DNA from: Kudoa neothunni
Lineage: Eukaryota > Animalia > Cnidaria
Direction of reading: 5' to 3'
DNA length: 64,000 nucleotides
Assembly (NCBI GenBank): GCA_964304625.1
Contig: OZ199838.1
Coordinates: forward strand, 5,111,487-5,175,486
The position numbers were made by a program, and so were the translations under genes. The stretch's first letter is position 1, and every line of letters starts with the position of its first letter. Below the pieces are notes generated by a model, which worked only from the letters and a program-made list of their open reading frames with translations, was not told the origin of the DNA and did no database searches. Below are positions 37,095 to 51,300 of this stretch, one piece after another.

Positions 37095-38762
37095 GCTTCT
37101 ACTATCGTCAAATTCACCAAACAAATAACCACCCGAAAAAATTCATACAGCGATACGGAAGATTAGAAGAGTAGACGTTCCCAACGGAGCAATCAAAATA
37201 TCCGCCGTTTAATGGGCTCTATTTAATTGTAATTTACTTCATCCGATGAATCATTAAACATAATCACCCGCAATGAATGTTTTCTCGTTCACTAAAAATA
37301 TATTTTGTTATAGATCCTATTCGTCGCCTAATATCGTTTATTCTAGTTATTGTATTTCTCAGTTTCAACTCTCTCAAGCTCCTCAACAAACCAACAACTC
37401 AGCTAATATTTAATATAATTAATTTGCTGCTTAGATAAATAATTTTAAGAGATTTTAAAACTTTACCGATGATATTTGTCATAGCAACTAAACTTAATCT
37501 GTCTATAACAAAAACTAATACATATATAATCCCAAACATGGCGGTCCTAATCCAAAGGTTGTTTGGACATTCATGTTGGCCTTCAATGAAAAGCATTCAA
37601 CTTCATTCATTCGTTCAACAACAATAACAATCCTTTCAATATAATAATTAGTGTTATAATTTTTATAATAAGTGATATTACAAAAACATATTTTGGCTTA
37701 TCATTTATTGGAAAACATTGGATTGATAGTTTGTTTTGTTCTGCTTCGGTTTGTTTGAGGAGAGTTTCTTAGTAGCTCAATATTAAAAATAAAACTATTC
37801 CCTATATTTCTGTAATTTCATGAAACTTAAATGACCAACATTGCTTCGTATTAATCTTTATGTAGTATACCTCTAGGTGTATAACTTCTTACATTATTAG
37901 GTTTAGGAAATCTCTTAGGAGACAGAGCTTATTAATTATTGATAAAAACATCGTGTTAAGCTTGCTCCAGTAGTCGACTGATTTTCTCACTTCCGGATAT
38001 CTTGCTGTAAAAGGATTTCAAACGTTCTATTTCTCAAAATGTCATTGAATGCTTGTGTGTATTCCAATATTTAAATAGTTTTGTGATTCAAAGTATTATT
38101 ATAGTAATGATGCTCACAAAATATGCGTAAATGGAATTTCGGCATTTCGTCTCCACCAAATAATATGAATTTGTGTGGTTGTATTTTCTTTATTTTAAAA
38201 TTATCGAATTTTAAAAATTATAATAAAAATTCGTGTTTCAAATATATCAATATCATGTCAAAATAATTTAAGATTAATAATATGGGAAATTTTGTTTATG
38301 CTCTACTAGCAAAACGTATATCGAGACAGAATTATTTATAACATGCCGGGTACCAATATGATAATATTTCTTCGTGATTGAATTCAGAAGGAAAGGGAAT
38401 CCGTCAGTTGTCAACATTTTAGGTTAGAAAATTACGATTGCAGTGAATGATTACTTTCTAATAGTTCCTGTTCATTCCCTAAAGTTCCGTCTGTTCTAGG
38501 TATAGCATTATATTATAGAAGTCAATTCAAATTCGCTTTCAATTTTTTAGCTCACTTAAGCTAGTGATGTTCAGTAATCGCGATTTATTGCATAATAAGG
38601 CGATTAATTAATGGATAAATAAAAATGGATTTAACAATTAATAAATCTAACGTGAAACTTCCTCCTTTACAGAAGATATGCAATTATAATGTTTAAATTT
38701 TATCTTTTTTAATGAAGATTTTTCTCATTAAAATATATTTCGTAATTGCAATTTTTTTATAA

Positions 38763-38978
38763 GGTCAAACCCCTGGCATTTATGAGCGCCCGAGTTCTAC
38801 CCTCCTGCCAGACTCTCCTCTCAGCTGCAACTAAGACCACGAAAAATCGTAGATCATTGTGATTGCTACGGCCTTCCTATTTAATTTTGGATTAGGAGTA
38901 CAGGAACGCCCCGACTAGGCTTCGAACTTACAACATCACGGTATGCGATCTCGACCTAATACCACTATGCCATATTGT
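38763..38978 (-). mobile_element. tRNA-derived SINE-like element
   Basis: Minus-strand Pol III A box TGGCATAGTGGT (38972-38961) and B box GTTCGAAGCC (38927-38918), followed by a GC-rich body. There is no acceptor-stem pairing, so this is not a tRNA. Confidence 0.65.
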
Positions 38979-39137
38979 CCAGGCTACTTCGTAATAGAAG
39001 TAACAATGGCGCAATGACAGTTTCACTCAATAATTCGGACATGAAAGATTATTTTATTGATAAAAAAATTGATCCTTTCAGAGATGGCCTTATTTTATTT
39101 GGAAGATCTTGGCAACCATTTAAACATCGTGGCTTAA

Positions 39138-39939
39138 CCCTCGCGGGACTAAATGGGGTCCTTTGTGATCCCAATTTCGATAGTTTGACTTTTTCCGCAT
39201 ATCGAATTAAATGAGAGGGCTCGAAAATCCTGGATACCCGAATTATAACCTATAATTGATAATTATAAAGTTATGGAGAAAGCAGTGTATTTACTGATTT
39301 AAATATTTTATTTTTAACAAGAGATGTGCCCGCTACTTCACTTAAATGTAGTTGTTATGAATTAATATCGAAATAATCTATATTATAAAGAAAGTTATTG
39401 ACATTAATTTTGATTAAAAAGTGTTAGAGCATTGTTAGAAGCGAATAAATGTATTTTTCGGTTCAGCGACGGTAAACTCCGTTCGGATATGGTGATTATC
39501 CAGAGATTATCCTTTAGACGAGATTTCAACAAGCAATGTAATGAAGGAAGGCATACATCGAATTTTTACTTTAAATCAAAAAAGAGAGTCAACAAAATTC
39601 ATCATTAGCTTTAAAATATTATTTTTTTACTAAAAATATGTTTTTCAGTCTCCATATCTGAATAACTATAAGTTAGTTGAGAAGGGCGCTCCTTTTTAAT
39701 AAAAAAAAGATCAAATTATAATCTACAGTTGCATACACGTATTATCGAGCCGCACCGAGATTGTAATCATCGAATGCTTAGGGTCTCATGCAGCTAATTT
39801 TTATTAAATACATACAATAAGTATAACAGCTAGATGGACTAAAAAAATTTAACTGCTTAAAAAAATGAAAAAGTCCTGGGGTCATTTATGACTCCAGTTG
39901 GCTACTCGCGTAAGTTTTTTTAAGTCGTTCCTCCGAGGG
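39138..39939. mobile_element. piggyBac-type MITE with intact TTAA TSDs
   Basis: TTAA-CCCTCGCGGGAC...GTTCCTCCGAGGG-TTAA, with GGGGTC...GATCCC/GACTCC palindromes. Homologous to 23420-24351. Confidence 0.82.
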
Positions 39940-40570
39940 TTAAAGAATGAAAGTTAATATCTGATTCTATTTCGGATATCTAATCAATTTAGATCGTATT
40001 TTAAACAAAATAAGAACCGTTTTTAAGTAATGTTTAAGTTATAGCTAGTTTTGTGTTTTAAATTTTGCACATGCGCGAAAGTGCCTACTTCCGGCTGGGA
40101 CGGGTAGTACGTACGACCGATCCATTATTGTATATGTATATATTCTATTTCATCTGATAAACAGTGAAACTATGTTCATCATTATTTTTCAAAATGGAGC
40201 TAATTATGAAATAACTTTTTTTGAACATTTCCATTGAAACTTGATTAATAAGACAAATAATGAAGACAAAAATTGTATTCAAAAATTAAATTTTTAAAAG
40301 TCAAGAGAAAATAAACATATAAGTTTAATTAATTGATGGAGGAAAGAATATATACCATTAATAAAATAATATAATGTTAATTAAAAAAGTAGCAATAATT
40401 TATTTTTTATAATTGACCATACACAACTGAGTTCCTTATTCCGAAAAATTTCTAAAAATCATTGATAAATTAGGTAACAATTCAATAAATGATAAATATT
40501 TGTATTTAAAAAAATACTTAATAAATTATAATAAGGCCACTCTTGCAATTGTTAACATAGAATCCTTTTA

Positions 40571-40653
40571 TAATTAAATACAGTCAAAACTATACCTACC
40601 TGGATATTATTGATCCGTGCCAATAGCCACTTCCTTTATTATGTAAACGTTAT
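40571..40653 (+). repeat. Dispersed repeat copy 2 (see 13668-13749)
   Basis: TAATTAAATACAGTCAAAACTATACCTACCTGGATATTATTGATCCGTGCCAATAGCCA. Confidence 0.7.
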
Positions 40654-41589
40654 GAGCATGTTAATAACTTTTCAAATCTAAATTTAGATAATAAACATGT
40701 CCGCAAATTAATTCAGAAATTTCGAGTTTTTAGTTATAGATTGAACTCCAAATTATACATTTTATTGAAACTACATAACCTCAATACGAAAAATGCACAG
40801 ATATATTGGATGTGCGTGCGCACAGGTGTCAATATATGTCTTATGTTTGATTCTCCTTAAATAGACAACCAATTAAACAAATTGGCTTTAAATTAAATTT
40901 TAAACAATAATAACTTCATATAGGCATGAGTGCTTACTTTTTGGAATGTTATTCACTTCAAAATAAAAAACACTAGAATTGGTTTTATTGAACATTTTAT
41001 TTCTAATTAAAGTGAATAAAATTTCTTTACCTAACTTTTAATGCCAATAAAAAGTTTTATTACTTAAGTTTCGGTTTATTGACATATGTAATGAAAAAAT
41101 ATTTGTGTTAAAATTGTATAATGCCCCATTACACAAAATTCAACATCACAATTGATAAAAACATCCTAACAATAACTTATAAATTTTAACTTAAAATTTA
41201 TTTCGGTTTTATCATCCAAAATATCATAATATTTTTTAAATTAATTTATTTCCAAACTTTTATACATATATAAGTTATATACCCTAATAAAAAATTATGC
41301 AACCCAAGTTTTTTATATAAGGCTCAATTAATATATCCAAATAATATACATGACAGATGAAGGGGTTTGCGTATACGATGAGATAAAACTGTCAAATATT
41401 TTATTTCCGTATGTATCGTGTTGTTTTATATTTAATTTAGATTAAACATTGTTGCTAAATTATAGAAAGAATTTATAAATAATACATGTATTGTATGGTA
41501 TTTCGTTCGCACATCCTCTACGCGTCAGGAAACACAATAATATTATTAAAGTAACAAAATTTTCATTTTAAATGCGTTTTCCAATTATT

Positions 41590-42315
41590 ATCGTCAATTG
41601 AATCGTCTTCATTATCTTCACAACCCTCAGTTAAAAAGTCTTATTTATTTTTCAAGCGTTCAAGATATTGTTGGCTCACAGCACCACTGCTCATTTCAAG
41701 TAGTAGTTTATTTGTTGGATGCGACGCCAAACATATATTATTAGTTCATCTGATCAACTGCTTCGCAAGAAGTTTACATTTTAGAGTTCAACCTTTAATG
41801 AGTTAGTCTGTTTAGTTACTACTGCGTTCATTAATGAAAAAATTCGTTCAACGTTTGCAGTATCTGGAATTGCTGTCATTACCATATTGATCAAGTAAAA
41901 CTTTAAAATCTTCTACTTTAAACAAATCTTGATTGAAACATTATATCAAGCCTTTTTTGGAGCTCCCTTTGAATTTTTATTCATGCTTTAAAGTATGCGT
42001 CTATAACTTCAAAATACGTTTAAATATCCAAATACAATCAGAATAATAATTACAACTGAACAAATAATAATTATTCAAGAATCGGAAAACAGCGTGTTGA
42101 CGACGATCGTAATATCTTTTTAAAATTTAGAATAATTTTAATTCTTTCCATTAATAACACGATAAATATGGTTATTTTACCTAATTCTAAAATTTACTAT
42201 TTATAAACTGATATCAAAGGACTCAATAACCTACAAGTTTTTTAAATAAATAAAAAACCCCAGATTTAGCTTAGAGTGAAAACAACTCCAAAGAACCTAA
42301 GGTTTTCACGCCCTG
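41590..42315 (-). mobile_element. hAT element remnant with dimerisation-domain fragment
   Basis: The minus strand encodes AIPDTANVERIFSLM (about 41873-41829). Terminus ...CACGCCCTG at 42315. Confidence 0.7.
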
Positions 42316-43179
42316 CTGTATATGTTTTTGTCGTTCGTGTGTGGTTTGATATCATTGCTTCATTTCACTTCTATTTTCCTTTTCAATCACTATCTTAATA
42401 CTCAACATTTTTAATGGATAATTATTATATGCTAGGTAAGTAATGAGTTCAGTTTTCTTTTAGATCTTCTAAATAAACTCGCTTAAACCTTACTGATCTT
42501 TTTATTTAAATTCAATTCAAACGTATAAATACAAAAATATTTGTTTCAAAAATTTTGTTGATATTTACTGTGGACAATAGACGCATAACATTTTTTTCGA
42601 TGATTTCCAGGCATTTATAAGATTATATACATCCTTTAAGATTTTAATACAATAATACTATTTAAAAAATTGCCCCCTACATGAAAATTGAAAATATCTT
42701 AAAAATAGGGATATCCATTTGATTCACGCCATGCCCTTTTGCGTGAAAGAGAGATTAAACTATCTAGAAAAGCATGCAAACTTCAAAATCAGCCAATTTA
42801 CGGTATACATTATTCTATGAATCATATAAATATCAAAAATACATATCATTCATTTTAAATAAAGACAAATTTAGTTTTGCACGTAAAACCAATATTTATT
42901 GCGTAAATATTTCACTCTGAATTGAGAAAATTGAACAAATTAAGTAACTTAAAGATTCAATATTTTTTTACATAAATTTGGGTGAAAAACGAATAGAGTA
43001 TATAACATACAATATATTTTACAAGTATGTATTTAATTCATATGCCATATTTTGTCATTGTTAAACTTGTATAATATAGTTATGTACTAAAATCTCATAA
43101 TACAAAGGTAAAAATTGACAATTTGAGCAGGTTATAAAATAGCTAAATGCACTTTAACGCTGATGCAAAATAGGTAATA

Positions 43180-44998
43180 CATTCGAGATTTGATACTGCG
43201 TGACTGGATATTGCGTAATTCCAAAATTTCGACGTTATTCTTTTTAGAGAGAAACCTAGTTTTGTTGCAGTGTTATTACTTTATCATGTTGGAAACATCG
43301 TTAACGTTAAAACATAAAAATAGGAATATTTTCTTCATTATTCCCCATTAAAAAACGTAATAATTAAGACAAAAGAGAAATCATTGATTATTTTATTCGA
43401 TAAAAATATTAAAAGTTGTCGAAAAAAATCACAATTTCTAATTTTAAATTGAATGATATGGTTCTCTATGTTGAATATTAATACATTGTCACGTTTAAGG
43501 TTATTTAAAAATTGATAGAATTCGTTCACACGAATATAAATTCAAAAATATGGATATTGAAACTAAAAAGAGGACACATTTTTGTGGAAAATTAAAAATA
43601 TAGATGGTGAGCTGTATGATTGGCTCGTTAAACAATGGTCGAATGATAATGTTTTGTTGAGATATGGTATTATCGAAATTGCTTTATATATTGAAAATAA
43701 AAAGGAAATTTCCAATTTAAAGTCTATTTAAGAGTGGTTTTCGGATCCCACGTCAAAATATGGGGTAGCTTTCAAAATGTTTCATGGTGAGGCTGCGAAT
43801 ACAGGTATTTCATCAATTGACTCATGGACTGTTGAAAACATTAATTTGGTTAAGGCGTATAGTCCTAAAATGACGTTATAAACATTGATGAAATTGCCCC
43901 TCTTTTGTGAGCAGTTACAAAACATTAGTTGTTTTTTAAGGATGAAGTCGTAATGTAAGGGACAAAATATCCAAAAAAGGGTGAATTTTTTACTGTCACA
44001 ATTTTTTAAATTGAGGTAAACTCCCATCTGTTTTAATTGGTAAATTTAAAAATCCTAGACGTTACAATTGAGTTAAACATCTACCGCATGAATATTATTC
44101 AAAAAAACACACGGATGATGTATCGTAGATTTATGAACATAGTTAGAAAGTTGAACCAAAGAAACAACTAATATTTCACAAACCTTAATTTATACATTAT
44201 CAAATGCATTAAAAGCAGGTCAAGAATACATTGTCCAAGCACACGGTTTTATGTGAAAATTTTTTCATCGAAAAATAAACATTACCAAACTCAATCATGC
44301 CATTGATTAAACTTTAGGAGAGTATTACGCCAGAAATTATATTTACTCGTTTTAAAAAGCAAAAATTCTTGGTAGTAATATATAAAACTGTAATAAAAGG
44401 GGTTGAATCAGTTTATAGAACAAGAAGATTTAAGAAAGATATCCCGAGCCAGAAACATTTCACATAGTAATATTTTATGTACACATAATTAATCTTATTA
44501 AATGAATTCGAAATTTACGAAAATATATTTGACGATGATAATGTTGCAACATGTGAGAATCAAAATCATGCGGACTTATTGCCCATAATGGTTAATCTGA
44601 TGATATCGAACCAATTATTAAAGAAGTCAAAAGTTTAATCAAATAAATAAAAAATATGGTTAACATTTTAATGAAAGTTTTAGTTCAAGAGGATCCATCA
44701 ATATTGTTTTGATTAATATTCCATACTGAGCAGAATTTAAAAAATATCAATAGAAAGATTTCGATATACAAAAATCACAAGAATTTTTAACAAAATTTAA
44801 TAACTTTTCCTTAATTGAATTCTATGTTATCTGTGTTTTAACAATGTTTGTTTGTAGGAATAATCATCGAACGTAAGCACAAGAAAATCGTATTTTACAG
44901 TATCGTGCGCACGCACGATACTGGATATTACGTAAAAACTTTTGATTGCGTAGTTTTTTGCCGGTCCCCAAAACCCACGCAATATCCAATCTCGACTG
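43180..44998 (+). mobile_element. Near full-length decayed Tigger/pogo transposon
   Basis: TA TSDs, TIRs CATTCGAGATTTGATACTGCG / CGCAATATCCAATCTCGACTG (18/21), and coding remnants DGELYDWLVKQ, KMFHGEAAN and KAYSP..YNIDE. Confidence 0.88.
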
Positions 44999-45325
44999 TA
45001 CTCCGAATTTGATGCGACAATAATAATTGCAGGGGACAACCATTCCTGTATAAATGCCAACGTTGGTGTTTTGTCCTCCTTGCAAGGAAGGAATTTTTTA
45101 GATGGAAATTTTCGGTAAAAAAATTATCTTAACGACATTAATTTTTTAATTATTATCACTTAAACAAAATTCTATAAATTAAGATGCAAGAGAATCCTAT
45201 ATTTTTTAATTTATGGAAATGGCGAAATGATAAACTTAATCGATTACTGCGCGATAATCAACCACTGAAACCAAAAAATCGATCAGAAAAAACATAATAA
45301 AGTCAATTGTAAGCGAGCATTGGTG

Positions 45326-48300
45326 TTAAACGAAACCAAAGGTTCGGCATTTTATGGCGGAAAGTAGTTGGGTTTTAAGGATCTTTTTAGTAGAATACAA
45401 GGGAACAAAAAGCTTGGTGGAACAGGTGTTGGCAGTGGGTAATCTAAAATCATCCAAATATTTGATGACCACTGTGGGATTGCTATGCTTGGCGGAAAGG
45501 TAGTCGGCTGAGAGATTTGGTGAGGAAGTCCAAAATGTGAGTAGCTCACTTCGTTGTGATTGTGACAATTCATTACACACGGACCAAAACCATGCTTTGA
45601 ATTGATCTATTCTAGCTTGAGGAACGTTGCTGGCTTCAACCACAAAATTGGTGACTTTCTTCAGCATATCTACAGTAACAAACGTGCAACCATTGACTAA
45701 CAATTTAAAATCTTCTGCGGTCAGGGTGGAGAACAGTTCTAAAGGAATAACTTGGTTTAAGCCTCTTTTCATGGCCTAAAAATGAAACAATATCAAGTTG
45801 TTCTATTAAAAAACAAGAGTTAATAGGTACCTCCAATTCAAGCTTGACTGAGTCTACCATTTGGAATAAACAGAATTTTTCCACGTAAAAGAGAACGTTT
45901 TTCGGTGTGACGAGAATATCACGGCCACCTGGTACAAGATCGAAGAGTCGCAATCTACCAGAGACCACTTTTTCGGTCGCAAAGTACAATCCATATAAAT
46001 GCTCATCTCTGTCTTCAAATGCAGCCGCATCAATGATCATTTTTCGCATTGATTCATAGAAACAACCATCATAGAAAGCGAAATCATGCCACGACAACTC
46101 TCTACCTAGCAGATATTTGACAACTGGTCGAACAAGTACCAAAGGACACGGCACATCCAACACAATACACTGACCAATAAGACGACCAACGTTGATAAAT
46201 GCATTGGTTCGTTCACGAGAACGTTTGCCTGACATTGGTATATATTGTCCTTTGATGGCTGCTTCATCGAAGAGAGCCTCAGTGTCATCGAATTTAATCT
46301 CTTCATTCATATATAGTTGTTGCTTGGTAACGCGCTGTTTAAGAGGAACCTCCAGATCAACTTGAATCTCCCTAACGTAATTGAACAATACGTGGTGGTT
46401 GGTTATGCATCGTATAAGCGCATCATGTGGAAATGAGACGATAATTCCAGTGACCAATTCTGCCATACACACATTCTTTCGCTGTAAAAAGTTCACAATA
46501 CACCTTCCAGCACTCCTTTGAGCGCTGGTGAGTGAAGGATTTGAGTCTTTAAAAGCTTGGGAGGTGGGTACTGAATAGTTGGGCAATCGGCTGGTTGTAG
46601 AGGCGCGTAGAACACAAGTGTCTAAAAATGATTCGATATCATCCATCAATGAAAAATCTAAATAGGAGCGTGTGTTTAGAAAAACGTTTTTGAGATCGGG
46701 CAATTTTTGTAGGGAGATTATAGCCAAAAATACGTCATTGACAAAGTTTCTAGTGACACCTTGGCCCTCACCAGGTTCATTTTTAAAGGTGGCAATGATG
46801 CGAGGAATTTTTTCACTGCCATTTGGTTTGGAAAGGCGGAAAATGGTGTTAAGTTTCTCAAAGGTGATCGGAAGGATCTCTTCAAATTCGCGAGGCATAC
46901 CTTTAATTGTGTACTCCTTGAACGACTTGTACATGGAACGATTGAGTAGACGTTTGAAGCTGCGTACTTTGGTATCATAGTGGCCAATCTCTAACAATGA
47001 CGATCCGGGCTCAGCTCCAACATCTTTGAGGAACAACTTGGCAAACGACGTCACACAACAATTCCAACGCGCATACAAATCAACCAAATCCCAATCAAGC
47101 ATGTTGCCTGTTATATTATTTTGATTGTATTGAAAGAGATTGGTAGAGTAGGGATTTCTGGATGACGGGTGACTGCCAGGTTGATTGTGTCCATACGTTG
47201 ACCTATTCGGATTGGAAGCAAACCCAAACAAGTCTTGTTTGGTTGAGGTGGGCATGAGTAGACTGGGATTTAGGGCGAATGGTAAAGCTTTTTCTAGAGG
47301 AGTAGTTAACTCGTCCGGTACCAATGATGCCAACATTAGTGTGGAATCAGTCCTTTTGAAAAATCTTACTGTTTTTCTAACAGCATTACTATCACTGGTA
47401 AATTGAGGATCGCTTGTGGAGGAACAATCTGGCAACATTACCACCTGATCAAAACTGCTGTTGTTGTTACTGCTATTGCTATTGTTAAGATAATTAGTAG
47501 CACTAAATTTTTCCTCTTTCATGTAATAGACAAAGGCGTCAAAGATGTAAGCAACATAACGCATTGAGCTTATATCCACTTTAGGCATCATATAGAGATG
47601 TTCATCATTCGATGACCGAACTAGTGATAAAATGCCGGACAAAAAGTTGACACGTAGATTGCTATTATATTCGTCCTCATCTTGGCTTTCACCTAACGCA
47701 ATAGCAGAGTTGCGACGGAAATAATTCCAGCTGAAGTTAGTTGTGTCGTGGAGTTGTTGGTAGTTTTGCACCAGAAAACCCATCTCATTCCTGATCAACT
47801 TTGGGAGACGATAGTCAGTGGTGACGCCGTGTCGAAGCAATGCTTCAGTATAGTCCATAATACGGAACAGCCAGGTGGTTACATACTCAAGACTAGTTCT
47901 TAGGGATTGTATCACATGTGAAAAACTAGCATCATTGTGCATGTTGGACCGTTTAATGATGATAGTCACCGTACGTAGAATACTCGCAAACGCTCTTGCC
48001 GAAGCTTCATTCGAAGAAAGTACTGTAGGATAGGAACTGTTGGCAACCAATAGAGAGCTGGTAGTACCTGCACCACCTGCATTACGAGAGGTACCAAAAG
48101 CTATACTGGGACGAGTTTGTTGAGTTTCGTTGAATATGGTGGAGATTACACGGGGATGGCCTTCTGCAATTTGTGTATGGCGTCCCAGAAAATCTCTACC
48201 CGGAGCACCAAACACGCGGTTAGCACTATTGTTGATTGACCAATCGAGAGAAGCCACAAGTCTATTATTGTTGCTGCTACCAAGGAATTGGTCATGTGAT

Positions 48301-51300
48301 AGAGGCTGTTCAGTTGCGAGTTCATTAGGGTTATTGTGTGGATCAACATTATCAACGGCAGGAAGTTGATCGTTGTTAAGAAAAATGGGATTATCAGGCA
48401 TATTGCTAAGGGGATTTGATGGGTGAAATAGACCATTTGGATCGGTAGAAGTTGTGGCTATGTTGGTATTGTTTGCCAATGGATCAATAAACGATCCGTT
48501 TCCTCCAGCTCCTCGATTGAAAATCACACTCACAGATCGATTAATGTTTCCGTTTCTGTTGTTACCAGCACCACCAAATTGGGAAAATCGAGGGAGTGCA
48601 TCGAAAAATTCGCCCCCAAGTGAGACTGGATCTTCAAGTCCAAACAAATGAGATACATCGCTGTTCTCTGAAATATCATCAAGGCCACCACCACCAGCCT
48701 CATCGGAGGAAGTTGTCGACGGCGAGTACTCGTCTTCCTCTTCGTCGATAGTCAGATCTGAAGTTTCTTCATCTGAATAGGAGCTGTAATCATCCACACC
48801 ATCAACATCATGACTGATAACAAAGGGACCACCAACTCCCCCTCTATAAGAGTTGGCGCCACGATCATCATAATTTAGGAGTGTTCTGTTGACCGAATCA
48901 CCAAACTCGGTGCCCACATTATCAAGATCTCCAACACTATCGCCATCTTCATCATCTTCGGAAGTCAAACCTTCAGTATCTTCATCATTTGAGGTGGTTT
49001 CATCGGCCGAATCCACTTCATTATCAGAGGAAACTGATGGAGGCTCAATGCTAACTTCAACCAAGTTACCACGATTGATCAATGCTTCACTGTGGGAAAT
49101 GTTTTTGCTGATTTTTGGATGTAGAATGAACATTTTGACAGTTTTTTCAATACAGTCAGCCTCATTATCAGCCAGATTGACGTTATGAAGGAAACTGGTG
49201 ATATTCATAATAACCGGTGTTATAACGGCATTTGCCATGGTAACCAAAGTTGTGACAGATAATGTGGGATCGATAGAAAACAGATCGTAGAATATATTTA
49301 AATATTTACTAATGCCGGCACTCTTATAGAGTCCGGGTGACATACCGGATATAAACACATTGAAAACACGACACACCGAACGGATAAAAACATCAACAAT
49401 AGCGGAAGGAGTAGATGGGATAAGTGATGAGGTGTGAAACTGATCCCGTTTCAATGAGGCGATTAATCGATTTAATGGATCGCTTTTACATTTGAAGATG
49501 AGATAACACACTGTGGAATCCACATAACGAACATCCCGTTGTCTGTGGCTGGTTCCAATTTCTTCTTCGATGGACTGAAAGGCAGAGTGTTGGGAGTATT
49601 CGTTTGCAAGATGAGCGCTTCCATAGTTTGGATTGTCGTCGGCGAGATCACGTGGAGTTACAATCTTTTTCACTAGGGACACATTCGAGAATATAATCTC
49701 TAACGCAGCGATAATAAAATCGAATTTTGGCACAACTGATTGGATTTTGAAACCATGCACAAGTCCACGCTGAAATATTCTGTCTAGGTCATTTGAGGTG
49801 ACATTGTCCGAAGAGAGAGGATCTTTCCGAGCAAGTACAGGCATTGGGGGGAAAATAAACCCAAACGATCTATTATTGTTATTACCACCACTGGCGGCAG
49901 CAGTGGAATTGATATTCGCTTCAGGAGTGTTTACGTTAATGGTGGTTGTTGTAGGATTATTGGTTGTTTGTGGAACACCCAATGATACTGTGTTATTGTT
50001 GTTGTTGTTGTTGATTTTGACAGATGAGAGATCGGTTTTATGAATGTAGTCTGGTCTGGATTCAGTGTATAACAAAAAGGCTACCAATATATCCCACCGT
50101 TCATTACAAACCGATCCAAAAATATCCACGCTATCGACCAGCAATTTGAATAAATTCAAACGCATGTCTTGATCACCGCCGATCAAACTCTTGCAGTGGG
50201 ATATCTCCCAGCAGTCACAGTATGCTGTGGGTGAGGCACCCATGAGAAGACAATTGTGTCCATAGTGACAGACGCTTGCACATTGAGAACAGCAACAAAG
50301 TTTCCCTGACAATGAGCATGTATAGCATTGGTATATATCTTGTTTGATGTGTTTGGGTCCGGACCATGTGAATGAGCACACGTCGTTAGCACACAACATA
50401 TAATATACAGAGTTGTTAGGAGAATAGGTTTTATGAGGGAAAATCGTGCGTAAAAGAACGGCCTTAAGTTGGTTGATATCGGTTTTGTTGAAGTGTTGCT
50501 GGTCTAGTATTAGGTTGGAGTTGTCCGTTTGGTTAGGGTCTAGTGAGGATTGCTGTTGTTGTTGCTCATATGTTGGCACAACAATGTCCACTCTATCCAT
50601 CAATAAATCCAGCACAAACCCCACGTACACAAATGCCACATGATAACTTCTAATAGAGATAGCATAGATGATAGGAGTGAAACCATTTATATCACACGAT
50701 AACAGATAATTGATAATAGTAGGTTGGTATTGATGGTGACGAACAAATTTACGAGTGTGTTGTGCAATAGCCAATTCTTTTTCAGGATTGGCACCATTGT
50801 GCTTGTAACCATAATAGAGAGCTTCATAAGCCAATACATGTAGAATATTTTGTCGCTGGTAGAACAGTGACTGTTGTAGGAGTTTTTCGGGTGTGTATTT
50901 ATTCTCTAAGATATCTCTGAAAATTGAGCTGTGTCTAGGAAGAAGTACACATAGATTGAAGTGTTTGTTTAATTTGGTGCTTGATTTGTGATGGCTGAAC
51001 ATTCGAATAGCGGAGATAAGAGGGAAGGCCGGTGCATCTAAAACTCTTGATTTGTTTGTACATCTTCGGAAAATTGTTTCGCCGCCATCGTTAGTGGTCA
51101 ATACAATCAGATCACCAAAGTGTTTCATAGCGGTGATGGTAAAGTTTCCATTCATGAGACCCAATCGTATGGAATCAGGCACATTGAATTCTATTTCTCT
51201 AAAATTTTTGCCTTTGAACTCAAACACAGCGCCAGTGACTTCACCATTGCTTCGTTCAACGATAGAAAGAATGTTGTATTGGTTGGCGGAGATGGCTAAA

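Noticed and set aside
38905-38978. Functional tRNA gene
   Set aside because: A and B boxes are present, but the acceptor and anticodon stems do not pair. Treated as SINE-like.
40592-40620. ATACCTACCTGG resembling the U1 snRNA 5' end (also at about 13689)
   Set aside because: It mismatches ACTTAC, has no recognisable U1 stem-loops or Sm site, and follows a TA-CAGTC transposon-like terminus.
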